Made by a program: the position numbers and the translations under genes. This document shows positions 1-6,267 of a stretch of DNA of 32,000 nucleotides, in pieces. The notes under the pieces are model-generated. The model saw nothing but the letters and a program-made list of their open reading frames with translations, searched no databases and had not been told where the DNA came from. The stretch spans positions 3,120,001 to 3,152,000 of the forward strand of contig OY759724.1 in assembly GCA_963662715.1 (NCBI GenBank), in the 5' to 3' direction. This DNA is from Candidatus Omnitrophota bacterium (lineage in GTDB: Bacteria; Omnitrophota; Gorgyraeia; Zapsychrales; JANLHA01). How positions within the stretch are numbered: the first letter of the stretch is position 1; each line of letters begins with the position of its first letter.

Positions 1-552
1 CTCCGCTCGTTCCTGCGCCAGGACCCGGATGTCATAATGGTCGGGGAAGTGCGCGATCTGGAAACGGCCCAAATCTGTGTGCGGGCCGCCTTAACAGGGC
101 ACTTTGTTTTAAGCACCCTGCACACCAATGACGCCGCATCGGCGATCACCCGTCTGATCGACATCGGCATTGAACCCTACCTGCTAACACCGTCTATTGT
201 TATGGTGGTCGCGCAGCGTCTGGCCAGGCGTCTGTGTGTCAAATGTAAAGAAGCTTATGAGCCGGTTCCCGGCCAGTTCGGAGATTTGGACATAAAAAGT
301 GATTTGCTCTACAAAGCTGTCGGATGCGATGAGTGCAATCAGACAGGGTACCGGGGCCGGATCGTCCTGACCGAGACCATGCTGATCGATGACAACATCC
401 GCGATCTAATCGCCAAAAGGGCTAATTATACCGAGATACATGACCTGGCACGGAAAAACGGCATGACGACCTTGTTTCAAGACGGAATTAAGAAGGTGGA
501 AGCCGGAGTCACCAGCCTTGATGAAGTTGTCAGCGTCACAACAGTCTATTAG
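1..552 (+). CDS. Type II secretion / type IV pilus assembly ATPase (GspE/PilB/ComGA family), C-terminal part; the 5' end lies upstream of the window
   Basis: Frame 1 is open from base 1 ([19 protein letters not shown], the Walker B/Asp-box region of this family). It is followed by the His box [14 protein letters not shown] and the tetracysteine motif CVKC...CDEC. Stop TAG at 550-552. Confidence 0.9.
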   Translation, partial: LRSFLRQDPDVIMVGEVRDLETAQICVRAALTGHFVLSTLHTNDAASAITRLIDIGIEPYLLTPSIVMVVAQRLARRLCVKCKEAYEPVPGQFGDLDIKSDLLYKAVGCDECNQTGYRGRIVLTETMLIDDNIRDLIAKRANYTEIHDLARKNGMTTLFQDGIKKVEAGVTSLDEVVSVTTVY

Positions 553-585
553 TGAATATTCCGGACCTAAAGAAAGGTTGTCATT

Positions 586-1836
586 TTGCCCAAGTTTCAT
601 TATGTTGTAAAAGACTCCCAAGGCAAGACGCTCGAGGTTGATACGGAAGCCTATGACAAGAACAGCCTTGTCCAGAAACTTCAACGGCAGGGCTATTTTA
701 TTATTAAAATTGAAGAAGGACTGAGTTTAGAGCAAAAAAGAGCCCAGGATTTAGCGCAAAATGCCAAGGCAAAAGAGAAAAAATTCTCTTACAACAAGAT
801 AAAACTCTCGGATCTATTATCTTTTGCCCGACAGCTGACAACCATGCTTGAAGCCGGTGTTTCTTTATTGAGAAGCATTGATGTCATTACCCAGCAGACC
901 CAAAGCGCAAATTTTTATAAGGTTTTGTCAAAAGTCAAAAAAGATGTCGAACAGGGAAGTTCTTTATCCCAGGCTTTAAACGAGCATCCCAAAGTCTTCA
1001 ATCAGTTCTGGGTCACCCTGGTGGAAGTCGGGGAAGCCTCCGGGACCCTGCCTACGGTCCTGAACCGCTTGGCGTTTTATCTCGAACAGGCCGAACGCTT
1101 CCGTTCCACGATTATGTCGGCCTTACTTTATCCTGCGGTCCTGTTTTGTATTTGTCTGGGGGCCATCAGCGTTTTTGCCCTGTTTATCGGGCCGCGTTTT
1201 GAGAATGTCTTTGAAAGCATGGGGGTGGAGCTTCCTGGGATCACCAGAATCCTTCTGGGCACTTTTCGTTTTATCAAAGAAAAATTCTTTTTAATTGTCC
1301 TTACCATAGGGACCGTTGTCTTCCTTATAAAGAAATGGACGAAGACCCAGCCTGGCCGCAAGAAAACAGAACAATTACTCTACTCCTTGCCAACTTTCGG
1401 AAGCATTTACAAACTCATCATTGTCGAACGCTTCACATCCCAGATGGCCATTCTGGTGGAAAGCGGGGTCCCGATCCTGCATGCGCTTGATATCTGTGAA
1501 CGGCTCGTTAATAACATAACCTGCTCGGCCATTATTGCCAGCATTAAAGAAAGTGTGCGGCAGGGAGAGCTTCTGGTGGGCCCCATGGAAAGGAGCGAGT
1601 TCTTTCCCTCTATGTGTATACAGATGATATCTGTAGGGGAAGAATCCGGAGAACTGAGTAAAATGCTTCAGCATGTCGCCACTTTTTATCAAGAAACGGT
1701 GGAAACCGCGATGAAACGCTTCGCGACTCTGATCGAACCCCTGATGCTGGTCTTTATGGGGGCTGTGATCGGGGTGATTGTTCTGGCGATGTTCCTGCCT
1801 ATGTTTAATATCGCGCAACTCGGCGGAGCGAAATAA
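586..1836 (+). CDS. Type IV pilus / T2SS inner-membrane platform protein (PilC/GspF/ComGB family)
   Basis: 416-aa ORF with a TTG start, preceded by aaagaaagg. It has two repeated GspF-type cytoplasmic domains (LSFARQLTTMLEAGVSLLRSI... and ERFTSQMAILVESGVPILHAL...) separated by hydrophobic helices. It sits directly downstream of the GspE-type ATPase. Confidence 0.9.
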   Translation: MPKFHYVVKDSQGKTLEVDTEAYDKNSLVQKLQRQGYFIIKIEEGLSLEQKRAQDLAQNAKAKEKKFSYNKIKLSDLLSFARQLTTMLEAGVSLLRSIDVITQQTQSANFYKVLSKVKKDVEQGSSLSQALNEHPKVFNQFWVTLVEVGEASGTLPTVLNRLAFYLEQAERFRSTIMSALLYPAVLFCICLGAISVFALFIGPRFENVFESMGVELPGITRILLGTFRFIKEKFFLIVLTIGTVVFLIKKWTKTQPGRKKTEQLLYSLPTFGSIYKLIIVERFTSQMAILVESGVPILHALDICERLVNNITCSAIIASIKESVRQGELLVGPMERSEFFPSMCIQMISVGEESGELSKMLQHVATFYQETVETAMKRFATLIEPLMLVFMGAVIGVIVLAMFLPMFNIAQLGGAK

Positions 1837-1859
1837 GAAAGCGCTTTCTTATTTTCTTC
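1832..1859 (+). terminator. Hairpin plus T-rich tail overlapping the platform-gene stop codon
   Basis: Perfect inverted repeat aataagaaagc/gctttcttatt (1832-1853) followed by ttcttc. The TAA stop (1834-1836) lies inside the stem. The stem is AT-rich, so strength is uncertain. Confidence 0.55.
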
Positions 1860-1879
1860 AAAAAAATGCCCCTCCCGGT

Positions 1880-1908
1880 TTGACTTTGCTTTTCCCATAT
1901 GTTATACC
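1880..1908 (+). promoter_or_regulatory. Sigma70-like promoter candidate for the leader RNA / pilin operon
   Basis: TTGACT (1880-1885), a 17-nt spacer, then TATACC (1903-1908) with TG at 1900-1901 in the extended -10 position. This places a start site about 15 nt before the structured element. Manual pattern match only. Confidence 0.4.
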
Positions 1909-1930
1909 TTAACTAGATTGCGACATAACT

Positions 1931-2014
1931 TATCGATCAAGGTAAACTACCCGTGAGGGTGGGGCACAAAACTAAAGGGTCCCGGGAAAATCCCGCGACA
2001 GCCAGTTGCCGATA
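1931..2014 (+). promoter_or_regulatory. Candidate c-di-GMP-I (GEMM-I) riboswitch aptamer
   Basis: An outer helix can be drawn as tatcg(1931-1935)/cgata(2010-2014) plus caa/ttg plus gg/cc. GGUAAAC is followed by hairpin cuaccc-GUGA-gggugg (1947-1962, GNRA loop) and joiner GGCACAAAAC (1963-1972). A second hairpin is gucccggg-aaaau-cccgcgac (1979-1999), followed by the 3' segment AGCCAGUUGCCGAUA. These segments resemble, in order, the Vibrio Vc2 aptamer as I recall it: GGCAAAC-stem-GAAA-stem-GGGACGCAAAGC ... AGCGGGGUUACCGAU. The alignment is by eye. Confidence 0.6.
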
Positions 2015-2028
2015 AAAGGAAAATATGT

Positions 2029-2063
2029 GCCTATTTCACAGCGGGTGAAATAGGCTTTTTTTA
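2029..2063 (+). terminator. Intrinsic terminator (likely expression platform of the leader)
   Basis: 11-bp perfect stem gcctatttcac (2029-2039) / gtgaaataggc (2045-2055) with loop agcgg, immediately followed by ttttttt. Confidence 0.8.
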
Positions 2064-2173
2064 TTGAACCCAGCAACCCCTAAGGAGATGATGCTCAAAA
2101 CAAAAAAATAGATTGGAAAATGATTTGAGGTTAAATAAATTTGCGATATTGTATTATTAAAGGAGATATAAAA

Positions 2174-2596
2174 ATGAAAAACATGAATAATAAAAGCGGT
2201 TTTACCTTATTGGAAATCATCATCGTTATAATCATTGTTGGTGTCTTAGCCAGTTTGGCCTTACCTAGATTCTTTGCTACGGTTGAATATTCAAGAAGTA
2301 CAGAAGCTTTAGCGGCCATCAGCGCTGTCCGCCAGGCTCTGGAAAGATGTTATTTACAGAGAAACGGCGATTACACCGCCTGTAATGGTTTTGGGGTCTT
2401 GGACATTGAAGATCCGGGCAACTCCCCGAACAATCACTTCAGCTATGCTATCAGCGGAGGGTCTGCAACAGGATATACACTGACAGCGACAAGAAACACG
2501 CGTGATAATGGTGACGGCTCTTCAACGATCGTCATCTCGCAGGATGCTACGTCTGTCACTCGATCCGGAACAGGTGCGTTTGCAGGAATCCAGTAA
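2174..2596 (+). CDS. Prepilin-type (type IV pilin / pseudopilin), probable major subunit
   Basis: ATG at 2174 is preceded by aaaggagatataaaa. The N-terminus MKNMNNKSG|FTLLEIIIVIIIVGVLASLALP carries the class III signal motif (G-1, F+1, E+5, hydrophobic helix). It has two Cys and is the first pilin after the platform gene. The ORF-track start at 2141 was rejected because it has no RBS. Tandem stops TAA TAA. Confidence 0.85.
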   Translation: MKNMNNKSGFTLLEIIIVIIIVGVLASLALPRFFATVEYSRSTEALAAISAVRQALERCYLQRNGDYTACNGFGVLDIEDPGNSPNNHFSYAISGGSATGYTLTATRNTRDNGDGSSTIVISQDATSVTRSGTGAFAGIQ

Positions 2597-2630
2597 TAAG
2601 AACGTCTGAAAGTTAGCTTAGGAAGGACGG

Positions 2631-2660
2631 GGGAGCAACATTGGGTGCAATGTTGCTCCC
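2631..2660 (+). terminator. Strong stem-loop after the first pilin gene (partial terminator/attenuator or mRNA-stabilising hairpin)
   Basis: 13-bp perfect inverted repeat gggagcaacattg / caatgttgctccc with loop ggtg, followed by tcatttatat, which is only a weak U-tract. Confidence 0.6.
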
Positions 2661-2674
2661 TCATTTATATAACC

Positions 2675-3070
2675 ATGTTCAGATCCGATAAAACATATTC
2701 CCGCGACCGGGCTTTTACTCTGGTGGAAGTTATCCTGGTCACTGTCGTTTTCGGCGTAGCCGCGACATTCGCCGTGCCTCGCTTGGCTTACACGATCGAA
2801 CGCATGAGGGCGGAAGAAGGGAAACAAATTCTTCTGGCTCTCTATGCGGCTCAGAAACGATACTGGCAGGAGAACGGGCAGAATTATACGGATAATCTGG
2901 ATGATCTGGATGTCAACATCCGGAACAGTCCTTATTTTGAAAATATCCAGGTCAGCACGGCTTCTCCGCTTGCGCAACTGGAGAGGAAAAACGGCACTTA
3001 CACTTTGACGATCGATGAACAGGCACAAATTTATTGTACAGGGACGATGTGTTATGAAATGGGGTTATAG
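2675..3070 (+). CDS. Prepilin-type minor pseudopilin with atypical Ala at -1
   Basis: MFRSDKTYSRDRA|FTLVEVILVTVVFGVAATFAVPRL has F+1, E+5 and a hydrophobic helix, but Ala replaces Gly before the predicted cleavage site. It has a C-terminal CxxxxC pair. The start was chosen at the ATG downstream of the hairpin; the ORF-track start at 2645 lies inside the hairpin. Confidence 0.7.
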   Translation: MFRSDKTYSRDRAFTLVEVILVTVVFGVAATFAVPRLAYTIERMRAEEGKQILLALYAAQKRYWQENGQNYTDNLDDLDVNIRNSPYFENIQVSTASPLAQLERKNGTYTLTIDEQAQIYCTGTMCYEMGL

Positions 3071-3077
3071 TCATCAC

Positions 3078-3488
3078 ATGATGAAAAGGGACGGCCGCGG
3101 GTTTACGGTCGCGGAACTCATTGTTGTCGTTATTATCATGGGGGCGATCGCCGGGTTTGCCATTCCTAATTATACCAGATCCGTTGAGAATGCTCACTAT
3201 CAGGACGCGGTTTTACAGCTCAAGGCGATCCATTCCGCCCAGCAGATCTACAAAGTGCGGTCCGGGCAGTACTGGCCTACGGACGGGAGCACTCATTATG
3301 TTTCTGATATCAATAATGATTTGAATTTGAATGTTATTGAAGACGGGGTCACGTATGCCTGCGCCAGCAGCGATCCTGCCGTAGGGTTTTCCTGTCAGGC
3401 GCAGAGAGACGGCGGGGCATTCACCGTCTCTGTTGATCAAACGGCCCTATCGACTTCAAACCCCAGTTGTACGGGCAGTTGCCCATAA
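3078..3488 (+). CDS. Prepilin-type minor pseudopilin
   Basis: MMKRDGRG|FTVAELIVVVIIMGAIAGFAIPNY has G-1, F+1 and E+5. It has four Cys in two close pairs. The start is ambiguous: ATG 3054, 3078 and 3081 are all in frame, and 3078 avoids overlapping the preceding gene. Confidence 0.75.
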   Translation: MMKRDGRGFTVAELIVVVIIMGAIAGFAIPNYTRSVENAHYQDAVLQLKAIHSAQQIYKVRSGQYWPTDGSTHYVSDINNDLNLNVIEDGVTYACASSDPAVGFSCQAQRDGGAFTVSVDQTALSTSNPSCTGSCP

Positions 3489-3501
3489 CCGGGAGAATCT
3501 C

Positions 3502-3891
3502 ATGAGTCAACGTCAGACATATCCCTTGTCCCTGCGTCCTAAATCAGGATTCACCATCACGGAAGTTGTTATTGCAACGCTGGTCTTTTCCATTGTCGTA
3601 GGCGGGGCTATTTCCGCTCTCTCAGCGTTAAAAAAACCCGCCTATGCTTCGAAAGAAGAGGTGACCGCAGCCTATCTGGCCAAACAGATCCTGGAAGAAC
3701 TGCGTACGGACGTCAGTGCGGAAAACTGGGACAGCGGCGGTCTTAACCCCAACGGCGGGCCTTCGGCCAACGGGACATATGATAATTTATCGACCATCAC
3801 GATAGACGGCGTCACCTATACTCCGGTTTATCAGGTTGAAGATGATAACGAAACAGGGAGCCGCAAGGTCACATTAACGGTGAATTGGTAA
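3502..3891 (+). CDS. Prepilin-type minor pseudopilin (GspI/PilV-like)
   Basis: ATG at 3502 is preceded by gggaga. MSQRQTYPLSLRPKSG|FTITEVVIATLVFSIVVGG carries the prepilin motif. The C-terminal ...RKVTLTVNW resembles the ending common in GspI/PilV-type minor pilins. It has no Cys. Confidence 0.8.
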   Translation: MSQRQTYPLSLRPKSGFTITEVVIATLVFSIVVGGAISALSALKKPAYASKEEVTAAYLAKQILEELRTDVSAENWDSGGLNPNGGPSANGTYDNLSTITIDGVTYTPVYQVEDDNETGSRKVTLTVNW

Positions 3892-4508
3892 TGATGAAAC
3901 AAAAATTTAAAATAGCCCGGAATTCCGGCCTGACATTGACAGAACTTGTTATCGCGTCTATCCTTGTCGGGATCGTTATGCTGGGCATTTATTCCGTGGA
4001 TTATGCCTTGCGCGGGTCAAGGGCCGCGGCTTCGGACGATTCACTGCTGGCCATGAAGACTTGGGCCACAATGGGACATATTACGCAGAACGCCAAACTG
4101 GCGGTAGGGGATATCTCAGACCCGGGTATTGCCGCTTCATCGGGCAATAATTATTTGTGTTTCCGCCAAGATACGACAATAACTCCAAATAATTATAACG
4201 ATGATGTTTGGCAATGTTACTCAAAACTTTCCAACAATATTCATGCCTGCGCTAAAACAGCCGGGGCAGGACCTTCGGCATGCGCTAATACAGATCAAAT
4301 CATAGGGACGTATGCGTTAAAAGATTCCTGCGCTTCAGACTGCGAGCTTTTTACCTATGATGTCGTTTTAGACAATGTTTTAAACAAAATTTATGTCGAC
4401 ATTTCCCTGACAAACCGTCTGAAACCGACGTCTCCTTCAGACCCCATGTCCAACCCTGATTATACGCTCCAGACCCGTATCTTTCCGGAAGGGCACAGCT
4501 ATAATTAA
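3891..4508 (+). CDS. Prepilin-type minor pseudopilin (larger, PilW/GspJ-like), Cys-rich
   Basis: ATG at 3891 overlaps the preceding stop (TAATG). MMKQKFKIARNSG|LTLTELVIASILVGIVMLGIY has G-1, L+1 and E+5. It has six Cys. An upstream TTG at 3885 is also possible. Confidence 0.75.
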   Translation: MMKQKFKIARNSGLTLTELVIASILVGIVMLGIYSVDYALRGSRAAASDDSLLAMKTWATMGHITQNAKLAVGDISDPGIAASSGNNYLCFRQDTTITPNNYNDDVWQCYSKLSNNIHACAKTAGAGPSACANTDQIIGTYALKDSCASDCELFTYDVVLDNVLNKIYVDISLTNRLKPTSPSDPMSNPDYTLQTRIFPEGHSYN

Positions 4509-4610
4509 CCCCTTCTGCGAAATCGTGCCTCAAAGACAATATTGATTATTTAGAAATACCCCGAGATAAAAAACGCGAGGAAAAACGGGGATGTTTTTCA
4601 AACATATGGA

Positions 4611-5165
4611 TTATCGGCTCTCTGAATAATCCTTAATGGAATCCTTGAAACTTTTTGTGCCCTTTTTCTCGGATTTTGCGGACAGAAACATGGGGATTAA
4701 AACAAAGTAAACGACCACGGCAATAAATATCGTTATGGCAACCGTGACCCCTGTGACCTGTTTGTTAAAATCTATCTTACCGACTTTAAGTTCCCGGGAC
4801 AGGAACGGGAGGTTGCTGATCGTTTGATGTAATTGATAGGATGAAAAAGGCCTTTGAACAATGGCGCTGACTTTTAACGCGACAAATTCCTTCCTGGGCA
4901 CATTTTCACTATCCTGCAGAATCAGAATAGGGGTCCGGGAAAACTTTCCTTTTTGGCGAATCTGCCGGCAAAGCTCGACAGCATTGATCCCGGACAGGGA
5001 GGAACTCAATAAAATAACGGCCGGGGGCTTGTTGTTGGCCAGTAAGTCCTTGGCTTCCTGCCCGTCACTGGCATACAAAACGTCATAACCGTGATTCTTA
5101 AATCCTTTAACCAGGCCTTCGGCCTCTTTCCCTGATTCCTGGGCCAACAATAAAGAACGGGTCAT
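4611..5165 (-). CDS. Membrane-anchored degenerate (pseudo-)receiver domain protein
   Basis: 184 aa with aaggag 7 nt upstream of the ATG. The N-terminal ~120 aa have a CheY-like layout (SLLLAQES..., PPAVILLSSSLSGINAVELCRQIR, TPILILQDS, SAIVQRPF). The acidic pocket, phospho-acceptor Asp, Thr/Ser and Lys positions read Q-E, S, Q and R. A C-terminal hydrophobic helix VTGVTVAITIFIAVVVYFVLIPMFL is followed by a Lys-rich tail. Confidence 0.7.
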   Translation of the reverse strand: MTRSLLLAQESGKEAEGLVKGFKNHGYDVLYASDGQEAKDLLANNKPPAVILLSSSLSGINAVELCRQIRQKGKFSRTPILILQDSENVPRKEFVALKVSAIVQRPFSSYQLHQTISNLPFLSRELKVGKIDFNKQVTGVTVAITIFIAVVVYFVLIPMFLSAKSEKKGTKSFKDSIKDYSESR

Positions 5166-5358
5166 TTCATGACTCCTTGTATGAATAATGAATTTGGGGT
5201 TATTATACTACACGCTTTATGTCAAGTCATTATTCTATTTAGAATTTTTTTCGGATCAAAACCAGGAAAATTTTTTCCAAAGACACATAAAGACGACAGC
5301 AAGGTTGTAAAAACCGGCCGTATAGACAATTTTTATCAGACAAATAAATAAAACATAC

Positions 5359-5387
5359 TGTACAGCCCGATAAAAATCTGCTATAAC
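5359..5387 (+). promoter_or_regulatory. Candidate promoter for tRNA-Ala
   Basis: TGTACA (5359-5364), a 17-nt spacer, then TATAAC (5382-5387) with TG at 5379-5380. It ends about 11 nt before the tRNA 5' end. Manual match only. Confidence 0.3.
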
Positions 5388-5398
5388 AGATTTCAAAT

Positions 5399-5471
5399 GG
5401 GCCGGTAGTTCAGCTGGGAGAACGCATGGTTCGCAATCATGAAGTCGGGGGTTCGAATCCCCCTCGGTCCA
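5399..5471 (+). tRNA. tRNA-Ala (anticodon CGC)
   Basis: Cloverleaf read by hand. Acceptor stem is gggccgg/tcggtcc with the G3:U70 alanine identity pair. D arm is gttcagctgggagaac. Anticodon stem is catgg/tcatg with loop ttCGCaa. T arm is ggggg-ttcgaat-ccccc, and the discriminator is A. CCA is not encoded (acttt follows), and a T-run follows. Confidence 0.95.
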
Positions 5472-5529
5472 CTTTTCTTTTTTTTTGCATTCACGGAATC
5501 CAATGACGATACGGCCCTTTTAATATTAT

Positions 5530-6267
5530 ATGCACCGTTTCTTCACAAAATTCACTCTGAACAATGACTCCGTAGATATTACGGCCCCTGAAGAAATTCA
5601 TCATATCCGAAATGTTCTGCGTTTAAAAAAAGGGGATAAAATCTGTATTTTTAACGGTGAGGGGGAAGAGGCCTGCGCTACGGTATCTTTGCTGACCGCG
5701 AAAAAAATCAGAGCAGAAATTTATCAACATCATAAATACGACACGGCCGGCCGGAGCATTATTCTCGCCTGTGCCGTCCCCAAAAAAGCGAAACTGGAGT
5801 ACATCATCGAAAAAACCACAGAGCTGGGCGTTACGGAAATCATACCGGTGAAAACTCAGCGTACGGAAATTCAATTAACTCCGGAACGGGCAGAAAAAAA
5901 ATGGAACCGCTACCAGTCCGTTGCTATCAATGCTGCCAAGCAAAGTCAAAGGCCGACCATCCCGAGGATCCACCCCTACCAGACATTCCCAACAGCCTTA
6001 ACGATGCTCTCTCAAGATTCTATGCTCGGCCTTATCCCGTGTTTAGCCGGGGAATACCAAAATATCAAGGATGTTTTAGCCCGGCCGTCACCCCCAAAAA
6101 CCGTTATGCTGTTTATCGGACCTGAAGGAGACTTCACTCCGGCAGAAATACAAAAGGCCGTTGAAGCGGGAGTCGTTCCTGTTTCACTGGGGAGAAACAT
6201 CTTAAAAGTTGATACCGCCGCTATCATCAGCGTGGCTTTAGCCCAATTCCTTTGTCATAATGATTAG
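5530..6267 (+). CDS. rsmE: 16S rRNA (uracil1498-N3)-methyltransferase
   Basis: 245 aa. The MHRFF... N-terminus, HHIRNVLRLKKGDKICIFNGEG and the C-terminal SPOUT knot region FIGPEGDFTPAEI...LGRNILKVDTAA are typical of RsmE. Confidence 0.85.
   Translation: MHRFFTKFTLNNDSVDITAPEEIHHIRNVLRLKKGDKICIFNGEGEEACATVSLLTAKKIRAEIYQHHKYDTAGRSIILACAVPKKAKLEYIIEKTTELGVTEIIPVKTQRTEIQLTPERAEKKWNRYQSVAINAAKQSQRPTIPRIHPYQTFPTALTMLSQDSMLGLIPCLAGEYQNIKDVLARPSPPKTVMLFIGPEGDFTPAEIQKAVEAGVVPVSLGRNILKVDTAAIISVALAQFLCHND

Noticed and set aside
1931-2014. Alternative assignments of the leader element as a c-di-GMP-II riboswitch or a 3'3'-cGAMP (GEMM-Ib) riboswitch.
   Set aside because: The two-hairpin architecture with a GNRA loop and the AAAC / CACAAAAC / GCC segments fits class I rather than the pseudoknotted class II. 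The position I align to the specificity-determining G is G rather than A. This rests on a by-eye alignment and is left open in the finding.
2088-2111. Seven-codon mini-ORF (MMLKTKK) just after the leader terminator, preceded by aaggag. It might be a leader peptide.
   Set aside because: The aaggag abuts the ATG with 0-3 nt spacing, too short for initiation. Nothing links the peptide's composition to pilin regulation. It is probably fortuitous.
2141-3501. Longer N-terminal extensions given by the ORF track for the pilin genes (starts at 2141, 2645, 3015, 3433) and for recA (8235), the thioesterase (27500) and gatA (28262).
   Set aside because: Internal ATGs are preceded by good RBS sequences and give canonical short prepilin leaders or canonical N-termini. 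The extended versions overlap upstream genes or hairpins and add non-homologous residues.
4559-4599. Possible bidirectional terminator between the convergent fifth pilin gene and the pseudo-receiver gene (ccccg...cgggg; gaaaaac-ggggat-gtttttc).
   Set aside because: The stems are short (5-7 bp), AT-rich or interrupted by a 22-nt loop, and the T-runs are not correctly positioned. The support is too weak to annotate.
5169-5351. 60-aa ORF in the gap between the pseudo-receiver gene and tRNA-Ala.
   Set aside because: Its ATG lies within the RBS/start region of the divergent gene and has no RBS of its own. The peptide has no recognisable features. The region is better explained as promoter space for the two flanking genes.
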